Of a stretch of 64,000 bases of DNA, positions 1 through 7,574 are shown in pieces. Every line of letters starts with the position of its first letter. Positions within the stretch are counted from its first letter, which is position 1. The position numbers and the translations under genes are program-made. Under the pieces are notes generated by a model that was given only the letters and a program-made list of their open reading frames with translations, made no database searches and was not told the origin of the DNA. Source of the DNA: Anaerolineales bacterium (lineage in GTDB: Bacteria > Chloroflexota > Anaerolineae > Anaerolineales > E44-bin32); the NCBI GenBank assembly GCA_035455265.1, contig DATIFK010000012.1:6035-70034 (forward strand), given 5' to 3'.

Positions 1-89
1 GTCCGTCATCAGTCTGAGACCCTCTTTCCGGCAGATTTGCCTGGGATATGAGCGGAGACTGACAGCTGATGACGAAGGACGGATGACTG
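1..89. repeat. heptad-type (CAGT-core) inverted repeat pair
   Basis: gtccgtcatcagtctgag ... gagactgacagctgatgacgaaggacggatgactg; the arms are partially complementary. Confidence 0.5.
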
Positions 90-217
90 CACTTGAGAGG
101 CGGGCGTAAGGTCTTTCGGCTTCCCCTGATATAGACTTAAGGGTGACCAGTTTCGCCTGGCCGGCCGTGGCCGGAGGATGAGGCGCGGCCCGGCGATCCC
201 GGAAGGAGACACTGCCC

Positions 218-520
218 ATGGTGACGTACACCTATCCCGTTTGGCTGTTCTTTGCTGCGTTCTTCTTCTACAACGCCTACGCCCACTGGCGCGAAGGGGA
301 AGTCTCCATCCGCCCGTTTGTCATGCGCGATCGACCGGGCGGAGAGAAGGGCGCCGCTAAGCTCACGGAGGCGAACCAGGACTTCGTTCGCGAGTTCAAC
401 GCCTACCTGACCTCGGTCAACAAGGTCGGACGCGGCCGGCATCGTGCCACCGCCGTCGGTTACTCCCTATCGGGCGTCATTGCGCTCCTGTCGATGTTCC
501 TCATCCTGGTCGGCCAATAG
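218..520 (+). CDS. hypothetical small membrane protein (100 aa)
   Basis: Hydrophobic N- and C-terminal segments (VWLFFAAFFFYNAY; LSGVIALLSMFLILV). GGAAGGAG Shine-Dalgarno-like block about 9 nt upstream of the ATG. No family recognised. Confidence 0.45.
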   Translation: MVTYTYPVWLFFAAFFFYNAYAHWREGEVSIRPFVMRDRPGGEKGAAKLTEANQDFVREFNAYLTSVNKVGRGRHRATAVGYSLSGVIALLSMFLILVGQ

Positions 521-655
521 CAACAGTCATCAGTGGTCAGTCGTCAGTCATCCGTTCCTTGCCGGTGGCTGGGCCATGGGCCCAGTGATCCTCTGCGCTT
601 TCGAAGGATGACTGAACCGACAACGGATGACCGATAACCGATAACTCAGGACTCA
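521..655. repeat. heptad-type (TCAGTNN) inverted repeat pair between convergent genes
   Basis: Left arm caacagtcatcagtggtcagtcgtcagtcatccgtt. Right arm ggatgactgaaccgacaacggatgaccgataaccgataactcagg. Imperfect hairpin. Confidence 0.6.
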
Positions 656-1309
656 CCCGACCAGCCGCCGCGCCAGGTCCACCGCCCCGTTGGCATCCTC
701 GGCGTAGCCGTCAGCGCCGATCTCCTGCGCCCAGGCGGCTTTCACCGGCGCGCCGCCGACGATCACACGGACGGCCGAGCGCAGGCCGGCGCGGTCGAGC
801 GCTTCGATGACCCGACGCTGAACCACCATCGTCGTCGTCAGCAGCGCCGACAGGCCCACCAACTGGGCGCCCGTTTCCTTGACCTTGGCCACGAAGGACT
901 CGACCGGCACGTCGACGCCCAGGTCGTGCACCTCGAACCCGCTGGCCGTCAGCATGATGCCGACCAGGCTCTTCCCGATCTCATGGATGTCGCCCTTGAC
1001 GGTGCCGATCACGGCCGTCCCCGCCCGCCGGGCGGTCTCGCGGCGCCGCTTGAGCTCCGGCTCGAGCAGCCCCATGGCGCCCTTCATCGCGCGGCCGGCG
1101 AGCACCAGATGCGGGATGAAGTAGTCGCCGCAGGCGAACTTGTCGCCGACGATGCGCATCCCCGGCGTCAGGCCGTTGTCGATGATCACCAAAGGCTCCA
1201 GCCCCGCCGCCAGGGCCTGACGCGTCAGGTCGAGAGCCTCCTGTTGCTGGGCCTGCACCACCGACTCGGTCAACCGGGCGAGAAGATCTTGCGTCATGTG
1301 GCTCTCCAT
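653..1309 (-). CDS. cobalamin-binding corrinoid protein (methyltransferase cognate, MttC/MtgC-like)
   Basis: B12-binding signature GDIHEIGK (DxHxxG), plus SALLTTT and GGAP motifs and an N-terminal helical cap. Lies 69 nt downstream of an MttB-family gene on the same strand. Confidence 0.85.
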   Translation of the reverse strand: MESHMTQDLLARLTESVVQAQQQEALDLTRQALAAGLEPLVIIDNGLTPGMRIVGDKFACGDYFIPHLVLAGRAMKGAMGLLEPELKRRRETARRAGTAVIGTVKGDIHEIGKSLVGIMLTASGFEVHDLGVDVPVESFVAKVKETGAQLVGLSALLTTTMVVQRRVIEALDRAGLRSAVRVIVGGAPVKAAWAQEIGADGYAEDANGAVDLARRLVG

Positions 1310-1378
1310 TCGGCCGTCTCAAGCTCTCGGGTTGCCAGGCACCAGTCCCCAGTCTCCAGTCAGCCCACCGACCACTGC

Positions 1379-2845
1379 TCACTGGCTTTTCGGCAGATCC
1401 GGCAGCTTGTCCATGCCGAACCGCTGTGCCGCCGACGAGGCCAGACGCCTCAGTTCGGACTTCAGTTCCTCCGCCCGTGCCGGCGGACGGTACTCCGCCA
1501 ACAATAGCTCGACGCGCGCGTGGGCCCGCTCGAACGCCGACGGGGCGCCGCGCGCCTGCCAGGCGTCAAAGGCGCCGCGGTCGATGACCTCCGACGGCAG
1601 ATAGAACTCCTTCGGGAACCACCGCAAGGTGTGTTCCTGCCCCAGGTAGTCGGCCTGGTGCCGCAGCTGCCGCATCAACGTGAGAGCGATCGGATCCTCG
1701 CGTGCCTCCAGGCCGGCGATCAACCGCTTAGCCATGCCGATGATCTCGGCGTCGACCACCAGTTTCTCGAGCGACTGGCACGACTCGAAATCCAGCATGC
1801 CGGCGCCGGAGACCATGTTGACCCCCGCCAGGGCCGCCAGGATCGTACCGCCGGCCGATTCGAGGCCGGCCTGCGCGTCGACGATCTTGGAGTCGCTCAT
1901 GCCGAGGTAGGCATGGGTGGGCAGGCCGAGGGTCTTGCCGATCTGCACGTAGGCCAGGTCGATCATCCAGGTGGCGACGTCGCCCATGGGCGTGGTGCCG
2001 TGGCGCATGTCGAATACCGCCGGCGAGCCTCCCCAGACGATCGGCGATCCCGCCGCCGCCAACTGGCCGATCGTCACACCGCTCAGGCTCTCGGCGGTGT
2101 GTTGTACCACGGCGCCGGCCAGCGTCACCGGGGCCGTCGCCCCCGCCAGAGGCATCGATACCAGCTCGGCGGGTATGCCGGCGCGCGCGCAGTCGATCAG
2201 GTTCTGGCACGTCAGGTCGGACCACAGCAGCGGGGGCGACGGGCACACATCGAAGACCGCCGTCGGCCGCTGGGCCAAAGCCTGTTCGCCTCCGGCCACC
2301 GCCGCCAGCATGTCCTTCATCGTCCACCAGGTATCCTTGCGGAAGGCGCCGGTCACGATCGGCTTGCGCATGTAGAGCAAGGCCAGGTACAGGCGGTACA
2401 GGTCGCCGATCTCCTCGACCACGTCGGCGCAGACCATGGCCGTGCTCTGGGCGTCGATCGTCGGCAGCTGTTCGACCAGTTGGACGAAACGCACGAAGTC
2501 GGCCGTCTGGGGCGGCCGCTGCCTCAGCGTGTCCGGATCGAGCAGGGAGATCGCCGCCGAGCCCGGGTCGAACTGAACGCGATCGCCCCCGTAGTGCACA
2601 GCGGGGCGGCCGTCGAGGTCATACAGGTCGAAGGCATGAGGCGCCGTCGCCAGCGCCTGGCGCACGACGCGCTCCGGAATGGAGGCCACCTGCGTTGGAC
2701 GGTCGACCGTCGCGCCGGCGGAGGCCAGCAGGTCGAGGGCTTCGGCGTTGTGAATGCGGACGCCGGGGTCGACGAGCAGTTGGAAACCCTCGTCGAGGAT
2801 CCGTCGGACGAGGTCGTCGTTCAACAGATGCAGCTCCGGCCGCAT
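1379..2845 (-). CDS. MttB-superfamily (trimethylamine methyltransferase family, non-pyrrolysine) substrate:corrinoid methyltransferase
   Basis: Full-length resemblance to MttB/MtgB-type proteins (LLNDDLVRRILDEGFQLL, MPLAGATAPVTLAGA, SGAGMLD). The frame is uninterrupted with no in-frame TAG. Start placed at MRPELH (GGGAG 6 nt upstream); the ORF extends to 2908. Confidence 0.85.
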   Translation of the reverse strand: MRPELHLLNDDLVRRILDEGFQLLVDPGVRIHNAEALDLLASAGATVDRPTQVASIPERVVRQALATAPHAFDLYDLDGRPAVHYGGDRVQFDPGSAAISLLDPDTLRQRPPQTADFVRFVQLVEQLPTIDAQSTAMVCADVVEEIGDLYRLYLALLYMRKPIVTGAFRKDTWWTMKDMLAAVAGGEQALAQRPTAVFDVCPSPPLLWSDLTCQNLIDCARAGIPAELVSMPLAGATAPVTLAGAVVQHTAESLSGVTIGQLAAAGSPIVWGGSPAVFDMRHGTTPMGDVATWMIDLAYVQIGKTLGLPTHAYLGMSDSKIVDAQAGLESAGGTILAALAGVNMVSGAGMLDFESCQSLEKLVVDAEIIGMAKRLIAGLEAREDPIALTLMRQLRHQADYLGQEHTLRWFPKEFYLPSEVIDRGAFDAWQARGAPSAFERAHARVELLLAEYRPPARAEELKSELRRLASSAAQRFGMDKLPDLPKSQ

Positions 2846-3207
2846 GGGGCGCTCCCAGGATGGAGAGCCGGATTGGCTCCCGGCCATTGTCGCACGCCGC
2901 CCAGGCACGAACCTGCGCGCCTCCTCCAGGATTCGGGGGAGGTTCGTCCCTGGTCGGCGCGTCCGCCCGAGGTCTCCCGCAAGGCAAGCGCGAGGGCTCT
3001 ACCCAGGCCGCGGGAGAAGACGGCCCCGGCGGCATGGCATGAAAGTCGAAAGGCCGCCCTGCCGGGAGGATCTGCTGCTGGGCGGAAGGTCAGACCCCCG
3101 AAGGTGAGATTCGAAACTGGGCGAGCGGGCGGCGAAGTCCTATGCTCGGATGACCGTCCACCTGCGCCGCGCGCGAGTGCGCTCGGCCTGGGGGACCCAC
3201 ACCGCCG

Positions 3208-4077
3208 ATGGATCCGGTTCTCACCTCCCAAGCCCGCTCGACGACGCGTGCCGCCAGCCTGCACACCTACCTCGTCCTTCGCTGGCTGGTCGACCGAGAT
3301 CTGAGCGACGTCGCCTTCCAGGCCTACGCCTACTTCCGCTGGCTGGACGACGAGCTCGATCGCCCGGGGGCGCCGCGCGCCGCCCGGCTGGGATTCCTGC
3401 GCAGCCAGCAGCAGCTGCTCGAGCAGGCACGGGGCGGCACGCGATGTCACCCGCAGCGGGCCGAGGAAGCCTGGCTGGTCGAGCTGGTCCGCGGTGACCG
3501 CCCGGACCACCCAGGCCTGCGCTCCTATGTCGACCGCATGATGGCGGTCATGCGCTTCGACGCCGAGCGGCGCGGCCGCACGATTCGGTCGGAGGAATTG
3601 TCCTGGTACAGTCGGAGCCTGAGCCAGGCAGTGATGGATGGGCTGTCCTACTTCGTCGGCCATCGGTTCCACTACCCGCAAACGGGCGCCCGATGGCTGG
3701 CAGCTTTCGGGGCACACGTTGTCCACATGCTGCGAGACGCAGCCGAGGATGTGAGCCTCGGCTACTTCAACGTCCCGCGGGAATACCTCACAGCTCATCG
3801 ACTGGATCCGTACGACGTCTCCGGCGCTCCCTATCGCGCCTGGGTCCGCCACCGGCTGGCGCTGGCGCGTCGCTGTTTCGAGGTGGGGCGGCAGTACATC
3901 GCCGGGCTGACTCACCGGCGCGTGCGGTGGGCCGGCTATGCCTACTGTGCGCGCTTCGAGAAGACGCTGGTCCGTATCGAGAACGACCTGCGGCTGCCGG
4001 CGCCATCTCTCGCCGAAATCACCCCCGCGGCGATGCGGTCGAGTGAGGCCATGACGAGTCCTCGCTGGCCGCGCTGA
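3208..4077 (+). CDS. squalene/phytoene synthase family protein
   Basis: Two Asp-rich motifs typical of the family (YFRWLDDELD; MLRDAAEDV). Immediately upstream of a CrtI-family desaturase. Confidence 0.65.
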   Translation: MDPVLTSQARSTTRAASLHTYLVLRWLVDRDLSDVAFQAYAYFRWLDDELDRPGAPRAARLGFLRSQQQLLEQARGGTRCHPQRAEEAWLVELVRGDRPDHPGLRSYVDRMMAVMRFDAERRGRTIRSEELSWYSRSLSQAVMDGLSYFVGHRFHYPQTGARWLAAFGAHVVHMLRDAAEDVSLGYFNVPREYLTAHRLDPYDVSGAPYRAWVRHRLALARRCFEVGRQYIAGLTHRRVRWAGYAYCARFEKTLVRIENDLRLPAPSLAEITPAAMRSSEAMTSPRWPR

Positions 4078-4100
4078 CCTGCCGGCAAGCCCGCCTGACC

Positions 4101-5615
4101 GTGCCGGCTCACCCGATTCCGTCTGCGCGCTCTCCATTCCACGTCCTCGTCCTGGGGGCCGGCGTCGGCGGCCTCTCGGCCGCGGCCCACCTGGCGCGCC
4201 GCGGGGTGCGTGTCACCGTGGTTGAGAAAGACAGCGGGCCGGGTGGTCGCTGCTCCCAAATCGAACGGGACGGGCATACCTTCGATACCGGGCCGACGCT
4301 GATGGTGCTCCCGTGGCTGTACGAGCAGGAGTTCGCTACCCTCGGGGAGAGCCTCCACGATCGGCTCGACTTGCGCCGCATCGATCCGTCCTATCGCGTC
4401 GTCTTCGATGACGGCGCCTCCCTCTGGTTGACGTCGGATCCGGACCGGATGCGTTCCCAGCTCGAGGCGATCGAGCCCGGCAGCTTCGAGGGCTTCGAGA
4501 AGTACCTCGACGAAGGACGCCGCCACTATGATCTGGCGGTCACCCATCTGGTGCGCCGCTCCTTCTCGGAAGCCCGAGCGTTCTTCCGGCCGGCGCTCAT
4601 CCATTGGGTCGTGGCGCTGAAGTTGCTGGTGCGGCACTACCCGCACATGCGGCGGTTCTTCCACCATCCACGGCTGAAAGCCGCCTTCACCTTCCAGGAC
4701 CTGTACATGGGGCTGAGCCCGTTCGAAGCCGCCGCCACCTACTCCATGATGCCCTACAGCGAGCTCGTCCACGGCGTGTGGTATCCGCGCCGAGGCATGT
4801 TTGCGGTGGTGCAGGCGCTGGAAGACATTGCCCGCGGCCTGGGCGTCGAGTTCGAGTACGGAGTCGCCGCGGATCGAATCCTGACCGGAGAAGGGCGCGC
4901 CACAGGAATCCGCCTCGCCGATGGCCGCCAGCTGGCGGCCGACGCCATCGTCGCCAACGCCGATCTGCCGTACGTCTACCAGGAACTGCTGCCTCCCGAC
5001 AGCGGCGCCGCTCGCTGGCAACGCATGGATTACTCCTGCTCGGCCCTTTCCTTCCTGTGGGGCATCGACCGGGCGTACCCCGAGCTGGAACCGCACACCC
5101 TGTTCCTGGCGGACGACTACCGCGGCACGTTCGAGGCGATCTTGAAGCGCAAGAGCCTGCCGGAGACACCCAGTGTCTACGTGCACGCGCCGGCGCGGGT
5201 GGATGCCTCGATGGCGCCGCCCGGCCAAGACACCCTCATCGCCATCCTGCCGGTCGGCTGTCTGGATTCGGGCGGAGGGCAGGACTGGCCGCGGCTTCAG
5301 GCGCGCGCCCGTCGGGCCGTCTTCGACCGTCTGGCGACGATCGGGCTGACCGATCTGGAGTCCCACATCAAGTTCGAGGTCACCTCCGGCCCGATGGACT
5401 GGCGGGAGCGCCTGCATCTGGTGAAGGGTTCGACGCACGGGCTGAGCCACAAGGTCACTCAGATGGCCTATCTGCGCCCTCACAACCGCCACGCCCGCTT
5501 CCGTAACCTGTACTTCGCCGGCGCCAGCACTCATCCCGGGACCGGTATCCCGACCGTGCTCGTCTCGGGCCGGCTGGCCGCGGAAAGGCTGGCGCAAGAT
5601 TGGGCACTTCCATAG
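4101..5615 (+). CDS. phytoene desaturase family FAD-dependent oxidoreductase (CrtI/CrtN-like)
   Basis: N-terminal Rossmann motif VLVLGAGVGGLSAAAHLARRG...VVEKDSGPGGR. C-terminal CrtI-type signature YFAGASTHPGTGIPTVLVSG. GTG start. Confidence 0.85.
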   Translation: MPAHPIPSARSPFHVLVLGAGVGGLSAAAHLARRGVRVTVVEKDSGPGGRCSQIERDGHTFDTGPTLMVLPWLYEQEFATLGESLHDRLDLRRIDPSYRVVFDDGASLWLTSDPDRMRSQLEAIEPGSFEGFEKYLDEGRRHYDLAVTHLVRRSFSEARAFFRPALIHWVVALKLLVRHYPHMRRFFHHPRLKAAFTFQDLYMGLSPFEAAATYSMMPYSELVHGVWYPRRGMFAVVQALEDIARGLGVEFEYGVAADRILTGEGRATGIRLADGRQLAADAIVANADLPYVYQELLPPDSGAARWQRMDYSCSALSFLWGIDRAYPELEPHTLFLADDYRGTFEAILKRKSLPETPSVYVHAPARVDASMAPPGQDTLIAILPVGCLDSGGGQDWPRLQARARRAVFDRLATIGLTDLESHIKFEVTSGPMDWRERLHLVKGSTHGLSHKVTQMAYLRPHNRHARFRNLYFAGASTHPGTGIPTVLVSGRLAAERLAQDWALP

Positions 5616-5617
5616 GA

Positions 5618-5684
5618 GTCATCAGTTATCAGTCGTCAGTCATCAGTAAGAGCTCCGGAGTCCTTACTGACGACTGATAACTGA
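5618..5684. repeat. heptad-type inverted repeat hairpin (terminator-like) after the crtI-like gene
   Basis: The left arm tcagttatcagtcgtcagtCATCAGTtaag pairs perfectly with the right arm cttactgacgactgataactga, except for one extra 7-nt unit. Confidence 0.8.
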
Positions 5685-5714
5685 ATGGCTCTTCTGCCGG
5701 TGCGTCTCTAGCGC

Positions 5715-5729
5715 TAGAATCTTCCTATG
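5715..5729 (+). promoter_or_regulatory. TAGAAT -10 box 6 nt upstream of the deacetylase ATG (possible leaderless mRNA)
   Basis: TAGAAT at 5715-5720, ATG at 5727, and no Shine-Dalgarno sequence between them. Confidence 0.3.
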
Positions 5730-6836
5730 CGGCGCGTCGTCGTCTTCGCCTCGCCGGCCATGTGGCGCCTCGGCCACGGCCCGGATCACCCCCTCAAGCC
5801 CGAACGGCTGCAGCGGACCTACGAACTGATGCAAGCCTCGGGGCTGTTCGACGCCCGCAACGTGCGCCGCGTCGAGCCGGCCCCCGCCAGTGTGGACGAG
5901 CTCGCCTCCTTCCACACCCGCGAGTACATCGAAGCCGTCCAGGCTTTGAGCGCCGGTCGCAGCGGCGTTCGCCCCTGGCGCTTCAACTTCGGCCCCGGCG
6001 ACAACCCGGTGTTCCCCGGCATGCATGATCTGTACGCGCTGGCCGTCGGCGCTGCCCTGGCCGGAGCGACGATGTTGACGCGCGGTGAGTGCGACATTGC
6101 CTTCAGTTTCGGCGGGGGCCTGCACCACGCCTGGCGCGATCACGCCTCGGGCTTCTGCGTCTACAACGATGCCGTGGTCGCCATCACCAGACTCCTTCAG
6201 CAACGCCTGCGGGTCGCCTATGTCGATGTCGACGTGCACCATGCCGATGGCGTACAGTACGCCTTCGACGACACGGACCGAGTCCTGACCATCTCCTTCC
6301 ATCAGGATGGACGGACGCTGTTTCCCGGCACCGGTGCGATCGAAGAGAACGGCCGCGGCCCAGGGCGTGGCTTCGCCGTCAACTTGCCGCTGCCGGCCGG
6401 AACCGACGATGAAACGTATCTGTGGGCTTTCGATGAATTGGTCCCGCCGTTGGTGAGCCGCTTCGATCCCGACATCCTGGTCACGCAATTGGGGGTGGAC
6501 ACGCACTTCAGCGACCCGCTGGCCGAACTGGCGCTGACCGTGCGCGCTCACGAAGCCATCGTGCGACGGCTGGCGGCCCTCCGCCCGCGCTGGTTGGCGC
6601 TGGGCGGAGGCGGATACAACGTGGACGTGGTGCCGCGCGCGTGGACCTTGGCGCTGGCGGTGATGGCCGAGGTCCGGCTCCCGCCCGAACTGCCCGAGGT
6701 CTACCGCCGCAGCTACGGTGGCCGGACTTACCAGGACGAGGACACGCCATCCATCGACGAGACGGTCCACCAGCATGTCCGGCGGATCGTCGAGGAGCGC
6801 GTCGCCCGGTTGAAGGAACTGGAGCGCCTGGGGTAA
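5727..6836 (+). CDS. histone deacetylase-family deacetylase (AcuC/acetoin utilisation-like)
   Basis: HDAC catalytic motifs FGGGLHHA, GFCVYND and DVDVHHADG. Confidence 0.85.
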   Translation: MRRVVVFASPAMWRLGHGPDHPLKPERLQRTYELMQASGLFDARNVRRVEPAPASVDELASFHTREYIEAVQALSAGRSGVRPWRFNFGPGDNPVFPGMHDLYALAVGAALAGATMLTRGECDIAFSFGGGLHHAWRDHASGFCVYNDAVVAITRLLQQRLRVAYVDVDVHHADGVQYAFDDTDRVLTISFHQDGRTLFPGTGAIEENGRGPGRGFAVNLPLPAGTDDETYLWAFDELVPPLVSRFDPDILVTQLGVDTHFSDPLAELALTVRAHEAIVRRLAALRPRWLALGGGGYNVDVVPRAWTLALAVMAEVRLPPELPEVYRRSYGGRTYQDEDTPSIDETVHQHVRRIVEERVARLKELERLG

Positions 6837-7116
6837 CTGGAGCCTCGGATTTCGGACGGTTCGACTGCGATTTTTCCTCTGCGCTCCCGGAGGGGGTTCT
6901 CGAATCGATTGTGAAGCCGCGCTCAAAGTTGACGCGGCCTCCGTGATGACCTAGAGTCAGGCGTGGAGTCGGATCCTGGCTGCGTCGCCGGGGCGGTCAG
7001 TCCAGCTTCTTTCGACCTCATCGCACCCACTCCACCCGCCCTCGCCTTCGAGACGTCGCAACGATGGGGCACTCCCAGGGTTTATCCCATGTGGACTTCC
7101 TCTTGGTCGTTTCCCC

Positions 7117-7542
7117 GTGAGTGAGGCAATGCCGAAGCCGCTGTTGGTCGATATCTTGGCGTACGCGCCGACGGCCTTTTACCATTGCACGCACTGCGAA
7201 ATCGTCTGGCAGGAGACCGGCTTCAGCCGGCACCTGCGCTCGGAGCAGGCCAGGTCGGGTCTGCCGGAGGACCTGGCGCGCGACTACCAGGCCGTGTCCG
7301 ATTGGGTGCGGGCGATCTTCACCCGCTACGGTGAGGCGTTGGTGGTCCGCGTGATTGACGCGGCCTCCATCGAAGGGTTCCTCATGACCGCCCGCCACCG
7401 CATCCGTACGTTCCCGGCCGTGATCATCGACGGCCGGGAACGTTTTTCCGGCCCGGACTTCACTCCGGCCGAGCAGGCGCTCGCCCGCCGACTGGGTGAC
7501 GGGTCAAGGAGGTGGACCAAGCCAGAAGCCGTCAGTATGTAG
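7117..7542 (+). CDS. hypothetical protein (141 aa)
   Basis: ORF with non-repetitive composition and a CxxC pair (YHCTHCE), directly upstream of cstA. GTG start, with an alternative ATG at 7129. No family recognised. Confidence 0.4.
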   Translation: MSEAMPKPLLVDILAYAPTAFYHCTHCEIVWQETGFSRHLRSEQARSGLPEDLARDYQAVSDWVRAIFTRYGEALVVRVIDAASIEGFLMTARHRIRTFPAVIIDGRERFSGPDFTPAEQALARRLGDGSRRWTKPEAVSM

Positions 7543-7574
7543 GCAACCTGGACGACACGTATCGGAGGGAGTCG

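Noticed and set aside
1379-2845. Pyrrolysine-containing trimethylamine methyltransferase (true MttB), considered for this gene and the one at 58125..59645.
   Set aside because: Both ORFs are uninterrupted with no in-frame amber codon, and no pylBCDS-like genes are in the window. They are therefore non-Pyl members of the MttB superfamily.
1520-5597. Long alternate-frame or antisense ORFs (1520..3304 +, 2821..4137 -, 3942..5597 -), and similar ones elsewhere: 11925..14183 -, 16480..18951 +, 20907..22259 -, 22976..24751 -, 46699..48174 -, 50466..52166 -, 53487..55583 -, 57096..59816 -, 59650..62583 -.
   Set aside because: Their composition is extremely Arg/Pro/Gly/Ala/His-rich with no motifs. 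Each overlaps, on the opposite strand or in another frame, an ORF with clear family signatures. Long spurious ORFs like these are typical of stop-codon-poor, high-GC DNA.
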